Numbered from the stretch's first letter, positions 39,024 through 48,430 are shown. The stretch is DNA of 64,000 nt from Planctomycetota bacterium (GCA_050248855.1 JBFWRP010000007.1:1-64000); one strand, 5' to 3'. Translations and numbers: made by a program. Notes: generated by a model not told the origin, from the letters alone.

Positions 39024-40076
39024 TCATTTCGCCCTGTCCCCGCTCGCGGGGTCCGCCGGGTCGGCGGCGCACGGGCCTTCTCCCGGGGGCCACGGGACGT
39101 CTTTGGCAACGCGGAAGCCGATCCACAGGCGCCCGACCGTGTCGCCCTGGGGCTCGTCGGGGTGGCCGTAGGGGCGCCAGAGCAGCTCGCCGTCCCCTTC
39201 GTCGAGCCACGACCCGCCGAGCGCGAAGGGCCAGGCCCCGCCCGCACTGCCGCGCCGACGGAACGTCGCCGTCCACTCGGCCACGTTGCCCACGAGGTCG
39301 AGCGCGCCGAACGGGCCCTCCCCCTCCGGGAGGCTGCCCACCGGCAGCGGATGCCCCGGGCCGAGGCCGGCCAGGTTGGCGCGGCGGGCGTCGGGCGGCT
39401 CGCCCCACGGCCACGTCCCCACGCCGCTGCCGCGCAGTGCACGCTCGAACTCGGCGGCCGTCGGCAGGCGCCCTCCCCGCGCCACCTCGGCGAACGTGCG
39501 CGCCTGGCGCCACGTCATGCCCGTCGCGGGCCACTCGTCGGACGGCTCGACGTGCGCGGGCCACGGATCTTCGGAGGCCGCAGGCGGGAGGAGCTCGGTG
39601 CCGCGGAAGAGGCCGTGGCGACGGCAGCCGTCGCGCCACGCGGCAGCGCTCAGCTCGACCCGATCGAGGTAGAACGCGGGCACGTGCTCGCGGACGCCCG
39701 ACGGCCCGAACGGAGGGCGGGCACGCGGCAGCTCGATGTCGCCTGCCGGCACGAACACCATGCCCGCCGGGGTCTGGGCCCGCTGCCACGCCGTGACGAT
39801 CTCCCCCCGGAGCGCGTCCACCCGCGCCTCGTGCCCGACTGCCGCTGCCGCACGCAGGGCGGGGAGCGCCCGCACGCCGAGCTCCCGCACGGCCTTGACG
39901 AGCGGTCCCTCGGGCGGCGCACCCGCGTGCAACCACGCCGCGACCGCGGCGGCGGCCGGCTCGCCGTCGGCGGCGGGTGCATGGTCGCCTGGTGCCTCGT
40001 CGGCGCGGGCCCGCCCCCCGGCGACGGCCGGGAGCAGCGCGACGACGCACACCGCGATCAAGCGCCAGGGGGTCAC
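39024..40076 (-). CDS. Secreted FGE-sulfatase/SUMF1 (C-type lectin fold) domain protein
   Basis: Signal peptide, GMVFVPAG, RLPTAAEFE, DLVGNVAEW, GGSW and IGFRVA. GTGA overlap with the sigma gene. Confidence 0.85.
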   Translation of the reverse strand: MTPWRLIAVCVVALLPAVAGGRARADEAPGDHAPAADGEPAAAAVAAWLHAGAPPEGPLVKAVRELGVRALPALRAAAAVGHEARVDALRGEIVTAWQRAQTPAGMVFVPAGDIELPRARPPFGPSGVREHVPAFYLDRVELSAAAWRDGCRRHGLFRGTELLPPAASEDPWPAHVEPSDEWPATGMTWRQARTFAEVARGGRLPTAAEFERALRGSGVGTWPWGEPPDARRANLAGLGPGHPLPVGSLPEGEGPFGALDLVGNVAEWTATFRRRGSAGGAWPFALGGSWLDEGDGELLWRPYGHPDEPQGDTVGRLWIGFRVAKDVPWPPGEGPCAADPADPASGDRAK

Positions 40077-40681
40077 GCGGCGTCCTCGTCCTCCGGCGCG
40101 CCGCCGAGATCGGCCAGCGCCGCCTGCAGCGCGGTATGCGCCCGGTTCAGCCGGCTCTTGATGGTACCGAGCGAGCAGTTCATCGCCTCGGCGAGCTCGT
40201 CGTAGGAGAGCCCCTCCACGTAGCGCAGGACCGCGACCGCCCGGAGCTTGGGCGAGAGGGTCAGCAGGGCGGCCTGCACGCGCGCCGCGCGCTCGGACGC
40301 CCGTGCCTCGGCCTCCGGGGAGGAGGGCGCCGCCCGGCCGGGAAGCCCGGAGTCCTGGACCTCGACGGGGGTATCGCCGAAGCGGCCCGCCGGGCGGCGG
40401 GCCTCCCGGCGTCGGCGGTCGATGGACCGGTTGACGGTGACGCGGTAGAGCCACGAGGTGAGCGAGGCATCGCCGCGGAAGCCCCGGGCCACGCGCGGCA
40501 GGCGGCTGAACACCTCCTGCACGACGTCTTCGGCCAGCGCGCGGTCGCCCAGGACGCGCCAGGCCACGTTGAAGACGCGCCGCTGGTGACGGTCGAAGAG
40601 GGTGCCGAGCGCCTCGCGCCGAGCTGCCGGGTCGCCGTCGGCGAGGACCCGGATGAGCTCGACATCGTCATCCGGGGTCAT
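40073..40681 (-). CDS. ECF RNA polymerase sigma factor
   Basis: AEDVVQEVF, SWLYRVTVN and LSYDELAEAMNCSLGTIKSRLNRA. Confidence 0.93.
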   Translation of the reverse strand: MTPDDDVELIRVLADGDPAARREALGTLFDRHQRRVFNVAWRVLGDRALAEDVVQEVFSRLPRVARGFRGDASLTSWLYRVTVNRSIDRRRREARRPAGRFGDTPVEVQDSGLPGRAAPSSPEAEARASERAARVQAALLTLSPKLRAVAVLRYVEGLSYDELAEAMNCSLGTIKSRLNRAHTALQAALADLGGAPEDEDAA

Positions 40682-40759
40682 GGGCGCTCCACCGCGGGAG
40701 CGGCGCATCCTACCAATGGAGGGCCGATGGCCCGGGGCTCGGCCTACTCTTCCAGCGGC

Positions 40760-41068
40760 GTGGGCGATTCTCCCCTCCATCTGCTGCTCGGCGCCCGGGC
40801 GGACCGTCCGGACGTGATCGCGTGGCTCGAAGCCGCCGTGGCCACCGGGCGGCGCCTGCGCATCCTGCTCTCGCACGAGGCCTTGGACGCGCTGGGCGCC
40901 CCGGCCTTGGGCCCTGGCCCGATGCGCGAGCTCGCGCTCTGCACCCGCTCGGCGCGCGACCGGGGACTGCGGCTCGAGGACGCGCCCCCGCACATCCGCT
41001 GGACCAGCGTGGCGACGTGGCACCTGGAGGCAGGGCTCGAGCCCCTCATGTGGAGCGCGCTGCCATGA
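40760..41068 (+). CDS. Small DsrE/TusD-like protein (divergent)
   Basis: LALCTRSARDRGL resembles the DsrE active-site C-x-x-(S/A)-A-x-x-R-G motif. Start may be ATG 40727. Confidence 0.5.
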   Translation: MGDSPLHLLLGARADRPDVIAWLEAAVATGRRLRILLSHEALDALGAPALGPGPMRELALCTRSARDRGLRLEDAPPHIRWTSVATWHLEAGLEPLMWSALP

Positions 41069-41448
41069 TCCCGGTCATCGCCCTCTGGGACCGCCCCGAC
41101 GTCGATGCCGACGGGGTGGAGCTGCTGCGCTGGCTGGTGGCGGCGCTGGTCGCCGGCCGGCAGGTGACCGTGCTCGAGCGGGCCGGCACGGACCTCGGCC
41201 AGTGCGAGCTTCACGGCGAGGCCGAGGCCTTGCGCGACGCGTTGCGCGAGGGCGGCGCAGCGTTCCGCACGGCACCACTCGGCCCCCTGCCCGAAGACCT
41301 CGCAACACAGGCCATCACGGTCCACCGCCTCGCGCCCCGCGGCCGCCCGTGCGAGCCCCTGCTGCTCCCCTACCCGCCCGATCCGGCCACCCCCCCCACG
41401 GCCTGGTCCTCGGCTGGCCAGCTCCTCCCCCGTCCCCCTATGCCTTGA
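41065..41448 (+). CDS. Hypothetical protein, possibly DsrF/TusC-like
   Basis: ATGA coupling to the upstream ORF, weak resemblance (ELLR..AAL.AGRQVTVL). Confidence 0.45.
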   Translation: MIPVIALWDRPDVDADGVELLRWLVAALVAGRQVTVLERAGTDLGQCELHGEAEALRDALREGGAAFRTAPLGPLPEDLATQAITVHRLAPRGRPCEPLLLPYPPDPATPPTAWSSAGQLLPRPPMP

Positions 41449-41579
41449 GCCCCCGGCTCCACGCGACCCATCGCCCTTCCCCGCGCGGCCAGCCGACGAA
41501 CGGACTCGTCCCCTCTCTTCCCTTCTCCTGCTTCTCTTCCCTTCCCCTCTGCGCTCGATCCCTTCCCCTCGAGCCGCCC

Positions 41580-41619
41580 CCTCCACGCATCGGGTCGTCG
41601 GGGCGACGGTAGCGCGCCC
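41580..41619 (-). repeat. 40-bp dispersed repeat (inverted copy at 44450-44489)
   Basis: Reverse complement matches 44450-44489 at 37 of 40 positions. Confidence 0.75.
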
Positions 41620-41724
41620 CCATCGGCGACGACTCGTGGTCTGTTCACTCGAGGAGCCGATGGGGGTGCGGGACCGAGCATCCGGCGAGCCGCCTACCCG
41701 CACCCCAGGCAACCACCGCACCCC

Positions 41725-41762
41725 AAAATGAAGAGGGCCTCGGTGGGTGACCCACCGAGGCC
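41725..41762 (-). terminator. Intrinsic terminator
   Basis: GGCCTCGGTGG/CCACCGAGGCC stem followed by CTCTTCATTTT. Confidence 0.65.
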
Positions 41763-41880
41763 GGAGTCCAAACCGAGGGACTGTGAGATTAGGGATGTGG
41801 TGGAAGGTTGTGGGTTGACAGGGCATGGGCCCCGGTCTGGACGCCCACGGGCCGCCGAAGCGGTCCGCAGACACCGGCGG
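41725..41880 (-). ncRNA. Candidate small non-coding RNA
   Basis: C(UUCG)G hairpin with G-U pairs, C/A/U-rich unstructured tract, small hairpin and terminator. No known family recognised. Confidence 0.4.
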
Positions 41881-42010
41881 GTGGCCGGTAGGGCCCTATC
41901 GGACGAAACGAGCCCGGGCACACTGGCCGAGCGGAGGAATCAGCGCGTCCATTTGCCTCGACACGCCTTGCTGCTGGGCTTGGGCACGCGGGCGTGCCCC
42001 GTGGCACCAC

Positions 42011-42718
42011 CTACCAGGGACCTGACCCGGGGTCTTCGATGCCCGCCTCGGCAAAGCCCCTGGCCCGCAGCAGGCAGGCGTCGCAGCGGCCACAGGGGCG
42101 GGCCTGGCCATCCGGCCTCGAGCCCGGGTCGTAGCAGGAGAGCGTGAGGGCCCACGGCACCCCGAGGCGCTCCCCCTCCACGACGATGCGCGCCTTCGTC
42201 CAGCGCAGCAGCGGGGCGAGGATGCGGACGGGGTGCCCCTCCACGCCGACCCGGGTGCCCAGACGGGCCACCTCCTCGAACGCCGCGAGGAACCCGGGCC
42301 GGCAATCGGGGTAGCCGCTGTAGTCCAGCGCGTTGACCCCCAACACGATCGCCTGCGCCCCCTCGGCCTCCGCGGCAGCCAGGGCGAGGGCGAGGAACAC
42401 GGTGTTGCGCGCCGGGACGTAGGTAGCGGGGATGCCTTCACCGATCTCGGCGGCCGGCCGGTCCTTGGGCACCTCGCCGTCTCCGACGAGGGCGCTGCCT
42501 CCCAGCGAGGCCAAGTCGACCTCGAGGACGCGGTGGCGGTCCACGCCGAGCGCGGCCCCCACGGCCCGGGCGGCCTCGAGCTCGGCTTCGTGGCGCTGCC
42601 CGTAGGCGAAGGAGAGGGCCGTCAGCACGAAGCCCTGCGCCCGGGCCCACGCGGCCGCCGTGGCCGAGTCCATGCCGCCGCTGAGCAGCACCACGGCCCG
42701 GCGGGGAGCAACCTCCAC
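42011..42718 (-). CDS. queC: 7-cyano-7-deazaguanine synthase
   Basis: VLLSGGMDS, YGQRH, TYVPARN, YPDCR, SCY and CGRCDAC. Confidence 0.95.
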   Translation of the reverse strand: MEVAPRRAVVLLSGGMDSATAAAWARAQGFVLTALSFAYGQRHEAELEAARAVGAALGVDRHRVLEVDLASLGGSALVGDGEVPKDRPAAEIGEGIPATYVPARNTVFLALALAAAEAEGAQAIVLGVNALDYSGYPDCRPGFLAAFEEVARLGTRVGVEGHPVRILAPLLRWTKARIVVEGERLGVPWALTLSCYDPGSRPDGQARPCGRCDACLLRARGFAEAGIEDPGSGPW

Positions 42719-42850
42719 CCTGCGTTCCTCCTGCGGCCTTGCGCCCGGCGCGGGCGGACGGCGCGGCCCGATTCGGACGACGATGCGGCCATCCCTATAC
42801 TCCGCCCGGCGCCCCGCTGCCGCGAGGCGCCCCCCCCCGGGAGAAGGCCC

Positions 42851-43768
42851 ATGCGCGTCCCGTCGATCTTGCCGGCGCTCCTCGCGGTCGCGGCGCTGGC
42901 CGCGGGCTGCGATGCCGGCGCCAAGCGCGGACCCGCCAGCGACAACCACTGGCCCGGCCCGGAGCTGACGATCGTGCAGCCGGGTCCGGACCAGATCGTG
43001 CGCCGCGCCGCGGCGTACGAACCCGTGCGCGGTGAGAACGGCGCCGTCCTGCGCAACGAGGACGGCGAAGCCGCACGCCGCGTCGTGGCGTGGCGCATGC
43101 CGAAGGCGCTGATCGACGTCCGCAGCCCGGGCCTTCCGGCCGACCACGAGGGCGATCGCATCGCGTGGTCGCTGGACGGGGGCCTCGTCGGCTACGTCTC
43201 GATCGCGGAGGCCCGCCGCGGCTTCGAGCTGGATGCGGCAGGTGCCCACGAGCCGGGCACCCATCTGCTCCAAGCCGTCGTGGTCGACGACGAAGGCCTG
43301 CCGTACGCGCATCCCGAGGCCGCCATGGCGTGCGTCTTCCACCTGCACGCCGAGAGCGCCGCCTTCGATCGCTTCGAGCCCGAGGGCGAGACCCCGCTCG
43401 TGCCGCGCCGCTCCGGCGAGCCCGCGTTGTTCGTCCTGGGTCCGCTGGGCACGACGTCTGCGCCCCGCTTCGCGGTGGCCGTCAACGGCAAGCCGCTCGG
43501 CGACCTCTGGCGCGTGACGTGGCGACTGGACGGTCAGGGGGACTGGGCGGCGCTGGCGCCCGGCGAGCCGCTCGACTTCCCGGGTCTCGAGCCCGGCGAG
43601 CACGTCGTGGACCTGCGCCTCGAACACCGCGCGCGCACCGACGACGCGTGGGCGCCCGTGGCCCGCCCGCGTGCCGGCTACGAGGTCAAGGACGGCCGGC
43701 TCGTGCCCTCGGACAAGCCCGCACCCGGCGAGATCGACTTCACGCGGCGCACGTTCACCGTCCAGTAG
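42851..43768 (+). CDS. Lipoprotein with Ig-like beta-sandwich domains
   Basis: Lipobox AAGC and two WxLDG...PG.H repeats. Confidence 0.7.
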   Translation: MRVPSILPALLAVAALAAGCDAGAKRGPASDNHWPGPELTIVQPGPDQIVRRAAAYEPVRGENGAVLRNEDGEAARRVVAWRMPKALIDVRSPGLPADHEGDRIAWSLDGGLVGYVSIAEARRGFELDAAGAHEPGTHLLQAVVVDDEGLPYAHPEAAMACVFHLHAESAAFDRFEPEGETPLVPRRSGEPALFVLGPLGTTSAPRFAVAVNGKPLGDLWRVTWRLDGQGDWAALAPGEPLDFPGLEPGEHVVDLRLEHRARTDDAWAPVARPRAGYEVKDGRLVPSDKPAPGEIDFTRRTFTVQ

Positions 43769-43856
43769 GGTCCGGCGGGGAACACTCCGTCGCGCGGGCG
43801 TCGGGGCCGAGGCGAGCCACGGGCACGACGGGAAGCCGGGCCGGGGGCGGTCCCGC

Positions 43857-44357
43857 TCAGACCCGGGGGGCGTCGCGCTCCAGGACGGTGTCCAGCGGGT
43901 CGAAGCCCAACGCGCGCCAGAACGCCTGGGTCTCGGGAGACCGTGCCGGTGCGCAGAGGCGAACGGCTTCGGCGCCCGCCTGTTCCAGCGCGTCCGTCAC
44001 GCGTGACGCCAAGCGGCGACCGATGCCGCGGCGACGTCGGGGGGGAACGACGTAGCAGTCCGCGATCCGGCCGACGCGCCGCGCACCCTGCCACGTGAAG
44101 CCCGGCTCGACGTGGCCGGTCGCGAACCCCACCACCAGGCGCCCGCCCTCTTCCGCGACGGCGATCACGTGGTCGGGGTCGGCAATCCATGCTGCAAAGC
44201 GCGCCGCCAAGTGCTCCCGGGCGCGGGCGTGCGGCACGAGCCGGGGGTCGCGGCGCGCCGTCTCCTCGAGCAGCGCGCTGGCCAGGAGGACGAGGCTGGG
44301 GATGTCCCCGCGTCGAGCGTTGCGGATCGGCAGCCCTTCCACGACGTATTCGTTCAC
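43857..44357 (-). CDS. GNAT family N-acetyltransferase
   Basis: YVVPPRRRRGIGRRL and FWRALGF. Confidence 0.85.
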   Translation of the reverse strand: MNEYVVEGLPIRNARRGDIPSLVLLASALLEETARRDPRLVPHARAREHLAARFAAWIADPDHVIAVAEEGGRLVVGFATGHVEPGFTWQGARRVGRIADCYVVPPRRRRGIGRRLASRVTDALEQAGAEAVRLCAPARSPETQAFWRALGFDPLDTVLERDAPRV

Positions 44358-44449
44358 CCCCTCCGGTGCGGCCGTACGGCTCGCCGGCTGCCCGGTCGCC
44401 GACCCGCCTCGGCTCCTCGGGCAGCTCGGCTGCGAGGCGTCGCCGCTTC

Positions 44450-44489
44450 GGGCGCGCTACCGTCGCCCTGACGACCCGGTGCGCGGAGG
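44450..44489 (+). repeat. 40-bp dispersed repeat (inverted copy at 41580-41619)
   Basis: GGGCGCGCTACCGTCGCCCTGACGACCCGGTGCGCGGAGG. Confidence 0.75.
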
Positions 44490-44570
44490 ACGCCATCTCC
44501 TGCCTGGACGCCGAGGTGCGTCGCGGCTTGCCGCACGGCGGGGAGGGTGAGCGGGTTCTCCACGGCGCAC

Positions 44571-45089
44571 TCAGTCCCCGGTCGAGCGGCGCTCGAACGT
44601 GGTCTGCAGCGCGCGGTACCCCGCGGCCTCGAACCGTCCGAGCGCATGCCCGCTCACGCAGGGGACACGCACGCGGAACACCTCCGCGCCGCGGTGCGCC
44701 AACGCACTCTCCACGACCTCCAGCAGGGCCGGGCCGACGCCTTGGCCCCGGGCGTCCGGCTCGACGTACAGCTCGAGCACCTCGCCGACGTGGTGGCGGG
44801 CCAGCAGCGGGGGCAGCGTCTCGATCTGGCCCATGACGTAGCCCACGAGTCGTGCCGGGTCGGCGGCGCTCTCGGCGACGTACAGCAGGAGGCCCGGCTG
44901 CTCGAACCAGACCGGCAGCATGGCCTCGGTCCGCTCGCGGGCGTCGGGGTGCGTGCGAAGGCGCGGCTCCTCGCGTCCGGACTCGCCGAGGAAGCGGATG
45001 CGCAGATCCACGAGGGCCGGTGCGTCGTGGCGGCGCGCGACGCGCACCCGCCCCCGACCGGCCGGAATCTCGGCCTGTGTCTCGCCCAT
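44571..45089 (-). CDS. GNAT family N-acetyltransferase
   Basis: LYVEPDARGQGVGPALL and FEAAGY. Confidence 0.85.
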   Translation of the reverse strand: MGETQAEIPAGRGRVRVARRHDAPALVDLRIRFLGESGREEPRLRTHPDARERTEAMLPVWFEQPGLLLYVAESAADPARLVGYVMGQIETLPPLLARHHVGEVLELYVEPDARGQGVGPALLEVVESALAHRGAEVFRVRVPCVSGHALGRFEAAGYRALQTTFERRSTGD

Positions 45090-45154
45090 CCTGGGACCCC
45101 CGCCCCGGATGCTACCCCCCGCCCGATGCCCACGCACAAGGCCATTTGGCGCCG

Positions 45155-46381
45155 TTACAGGATGTGCCCCAGCTTCTGGGCCTTGGTGCGCAGGTAGTCG
45201 GCGTTGGCGGGGGTGGCCGGCATGACCAGGGGGACGCGTTCGACGATGTCGAGCCCGTAACCCTGCAGCGAGCGGAACTTGACCGGGTTGTTCGTGAGCA
45301 GCCGCATGCGGCGGACACCCAGGTCGAACAGGATCTGGGCGCCGACGCCGTAGTGACGGTGGTCGGCCTGGAAGCCGAGGCGCTCGTTGGCCTCGACGGT
45401 GTCGAGCCCCTCGTCCTGCAGCGCGTAGGCGCGGATCTTGTTGACCAGCCCGATGCCCCGACCTTCCTGGCGCATGTAGAGGATCACCCCACGGCCTGCC
45501 TGGGCGATCTGGCGCTGCGCGGCGCGCAGCTGCTGGCCGCAATCGCAGCGCTCGCTGTGGAAGAGGTCGCCGGTGAGGCACTCGCTGTGGGCGCGCACGA
45601 GGATCGGCTCGTCCAGCGGCGGGTTGGGCCTGCCCTCGGAGGGGTGCGGCAGGCCCATGGTGAGCGCAAGGTGCGGCTCGGGATCGGCCGTCGCCGAGTA
45701 CGCGTGGATGTCGAAGGTGCCCAGGTCGGTGGGGAGCGCGGCGCTGGCCTCGTGCGTGATCAACCGCTCGCGGCTGCGGCGCCACTCGATGAGGTCGCTC
45801 ACGGAGCAGATCTTCAGGTCGTGCTCGGCGGCGAACTGCTCGATGTCGGGCAGGCGCATCATCTCGCCATCGGGCTTCATCAGCTCCGAGATGACGCCGA
45901 TGGGCTCGAGGCCCGCGAGGCGGCAGAGATCGACCGAGCCCTCGGTCTGCCCGCTGCGCTTGAGGACGCCTTCGTCGACGGCGCGGATCGGGAAGATGTG
46001 ACCGGGACGCGCCAGGTCGTCCGCGCGACAGTCGGGGCGCGCGATGGTGCGGATCGTCGTGGCGCGATCCGCCGCGCTGACGCCGGTGGACACGCCCTCG
46101 CGGGCCTCGACCGTGACCGTGAACTGGGTGCCGAAGCGCGAATCGTTCCGGCCCTTGTCGACCTGCAGCGGCAGGGCGAGGGCGTCCGCCTTCGCGTTGG
46201 GCATCGTCACGCAGATGATGCCGCTCGTGTGACGCAGCATGAACGCCACGTCTTCGGGGCGCGTGAACTGCGCGGCCTGGACGAGGTCGCCCTCGTTCTC
46301 GCGCTTCGGGTCGTCGACGAGGATCACGAAGCGCCCCTGCTCGAGGTCCTCGAAGATCTCGGGAAATGAGGAGAACGGCAT
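45155..46381 (-). CDS. ribBA: Bifunctional DHBP synthase / GTP cyclohydrolase II
   Basis: RENEGDL, GVSAADRA, RPGHIFP, HSECLTGD...RCDCG, QEGRGIGL and LLTNNP. Confidence 0.96.
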   Translation of the reverse strand: MPFSSFPEIFEDLEQGRFVILVDDPKRENEGDLVQAAQFTRPEDVAFMLRHTSGIICVTMPNAKADALALPLQVDKGRNDSRFGTQFTVTVEAREGVSTGVSAADRATTIRTIARPDCRADDLARPGHIFPIRAVDEGVLKRSGQTEGSVDLCRLAGLEPIGVISELMKPDGEMMRLPDIEQFAAEHDLKICSVSDLIEWRRSRERLITHEASAALPTDLGTFDIHAYSATADPEPHLALTMGLPHPSEGRPNPPLDEPILVRAHSECLTGDLFHSERCDCGQQLRAAQRQIAQAGRGVILYMRQEGRGIGLVNKIRAYALQDEGLDTVEANERLGFQADHRHYGVGAQILFDLGVRRMRLLTNNPVKFRSLQGYGLDIVERVPLVMPATPANADYLRTKAQKLGHIL

Positions 46382-46437
46382 GGGGCCGAGGGTACGCCCG
46401 TCCGCCCGCCGCGCCGCCCGGTGCCTGAGCGTGGCGG

Positions 46438-48327
46438 TCAGAAGGACAGGTAGGTGCTGCCCTTCAGGCTGGCGCGGTAGTCGCGGATGATGGCCTGGGC
46501 GGCGGTCTTCTTGATGCGACCCGCCTTGACGGCGGCCAGCGCCTCGGCCTCGACGCCCTTGGCCATCATCTCGGGGTCGTAGTCGAAGAGGCGCAGCACG
46601 TCGGTGGGCTCGTCGCCCTTCAGCGTGTGGCTGATCTTGACGGCGCCGTTGGCCGCCACGCGCACGTGCGCCTCGTCGGCGCGACCGAACAGGTTGTGGT
46701 AGTCGCCGAGCACGTCCTGGTAGGCGCCGATCATCGTGATGGCCACGATGTAGGGCTCGCCGTCGCGGATGTCGTGGACGGGCAGCGACGACGACACGTC
46801 GCGCGAGTCCACGAAGCGATCCACCTCGCCGTCCGAGTCGCACGTCACGTCGCAGAGGGTGGCCTGCACGGTGGGCTCCTCGTCCAAGCGGTGCACGGGC
46901 AGCACGGGGAACAGCTGGTCCAGGGCCCACGAGTCGGGGATCGACTGGAAGACGCTGAAGTTGGCGATGTACTTGGTGATGAGGCGCTTCTCCAAGGCCT
47001 CGAACTCGTCGGGCACGAAGCGATCCGCGCGCGCGTGACGCAGCGCCTCCATCTGGATGCGCAGATGCAAGCGCTCGGCCAGCGCCCGATCGCGAAGCGA
47101 CAGGTAGCCGAGGTCGAACAGGCGCTCGAGCTCCTCCCGCTTGTCTTCCGCGTCGTGGAAGTACTCGCGGTGGTTCTTGCGGGTCATGCCCGTGAAGATC
47201 TCGTGCAGGGCGAGCAGGCTGTCGTGGGCGTCGGCCGGCACGATCAGCTCCCCGTTGCCCACGTCGCTCGTCCGGCCCCGGACGTCGCACAGCAACAAGG
47301 CGTGGTACGCCGTCAGCGCGCGTCCCGACTCGCTGACGAGGACCGGACACGGCACGTTCTCCGCTTCGCAGATCTCCTGCACGCTGTAGACGACGTCGTT
47401 GGCGTACTCCACGACCGAGTAGTTCATGCTCGCTTCGTAGGACGTGTTGCTGCCGTCGTAGTCCACACCCAGGCCACCGCCGACATCCAGGTGCGTCAGG
47501 CGGCAACCGAGCGCGCGCAGCTTGGCGTACACGCGGGCGCCCTCCTTGACGGCCGTCTTGATGCGTTTGATCTCCGTGATCTGGCTGCCCGCGTGGAAGT
47601 GCAGCATCTCGAACGCGTCCAGCATGTCGTGGCGCTTGAGCTCCTCGACGGCGTCGAGCAGCTCCTGCGTCGTGAGGCCGAACTTGGCGGCCGAGCCACT
47701 GGACTTCTCCCACTTGCCCGATCCGCGCGCCCGCAGGCGGATGCGGATCCCGATGTGCGGGGTGATGCCGACCTTCTTGGCCACCTCGCAGATCAGCCGG
47801 ATCTCCATCGGCTTCTCGGCGATCATCACGACACGTCGTCCGAGCGCCGTTCCCCGCAAGGCCAAGCGGATGTAGCTCTCGTCCTTGTAGCCGTTGCAGA
47901 CGATCAGCCCGTCGCCGCCCAGGTCCTGCGCGAGGGCCACGGCCAGCTCCGCCTTGCTGCCGGCCTCCAGCCCGAGGTGGCGCCGGCGGCCGGCGCGCAC
48001 GAGCGCCTCGACCACGTCACGGTGCTGGTTCACCTTGATCGGGAACACGCCGTGGTACGAAGCCGGGTACTTGAACTCCTTGATCGCGCGCCGGAAGGCG
48101 CCGGTCAGCTCGTCGACGCGGCTCTCGAGGATCTGCGGGAAGCGCACGAGCATCGGCAGACGCAGCTTCTTGGCGCGCAGCCGGCTGACGAGGTCGAAGA
48201 GGTCGACGCTGGCCGACGTACGCGTGGGCGTGACGAGGAGGTGGCCCTGCTCGCCGATGTCGAAGTAGCCGTTGCCCCACGTCTCGGTGCCGTACAGCCG
48301 ACGCGCTTCGCGGATGCCGAAGGTCAT
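46438..48327 (-). CDS. speA: Biosynthetic arginine decarboxylase
   Basis: FPIKVNQ, GLEAGSKAEL, HFHAGSQI, DVGGGLGVDYDG, ESGRA and TCDSDG. Confidence 0.95.
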   Translation of the reverse strand: MTFGIREARRLYGTETWGNGYFDIGEQGHLLVTPTRTSASVDLFDLVSRLRAKKLRLPMLVRFPQILESRVDELTGAFRRAIKEFKYPASYHGVFPIKVNQHRDVVEALVRAGRRRHLGLEAGSKAELAVALAQDLGGDGLIVCNGYKDESYIRLALRGTALGRRVVMIAEKPMEIRLICEVAKKVGITPHIGIRIRLRARGSGKWEKSSGSAAKFGLTTQELLDAVEELKRHDMLDAFEMLHFHAGSQITEIKRIKTAVKEGARVYAKLRALGCRLTHLDVGGGLGVDYDGSNTSYEASMNYSVVEYANDVVYSVQEICEAENVPCPVLVSESGRALTAYHALLLCDVRGRTSDVGNGELIVPADAHDSLLALHEIFTGMTRKNHREYFHDAEDKREELERLFDLGYLSLRDRALAERLHLRIQMEALRHARADRFVPDEFEALEKRLITKYIANFSVFQSIPDSWALDQLFPVLPVHRLDEEPTVQATLCDVTCDSDGEVDRFVDSRDVSSSLPVHDIRDGEPYIVAITMIGAYQDVLGDYHNLFGRADEAHVRVAANGAVKISHTLKGDEPTDVLRLFDYDPEMMAKGVEAEALAAVKAGRIKKTAAQAIIRDYRASLKGSTYLSF

Positions 48328-48430
48328 CGCACGCCGCCCTCCTGCCAAGGCCGGAGCCCGCGCTCCGGAGGGCGCGGTTTCTACCACGCGAGGAGCGCTG
48401 GAGGGTCCCCGGCCGCGGAGCGGACGGCGC

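Noticed and set aside
39024..40076. FGE/CLec protein as a diversity-generating retroelement target
   Set aside because: No reverse transcriptase, and no template repeat of its 3' end was seen in the window.
41815..41845. Plus-strand sigma70 promoter at TTGACA 41815
   Set aside because: No credible -10 hexamer at 16-18 nt spacing, and no plus-strand gene downstream.
14494..42718. 7-deazaguanine DNA modification (dpd) system from queC/queF
   Set aside because: The genes are 27 kb apart in housekeeping context with no dpdA/tgt paralogue. QueF points to tRNA queuosine synthesis.
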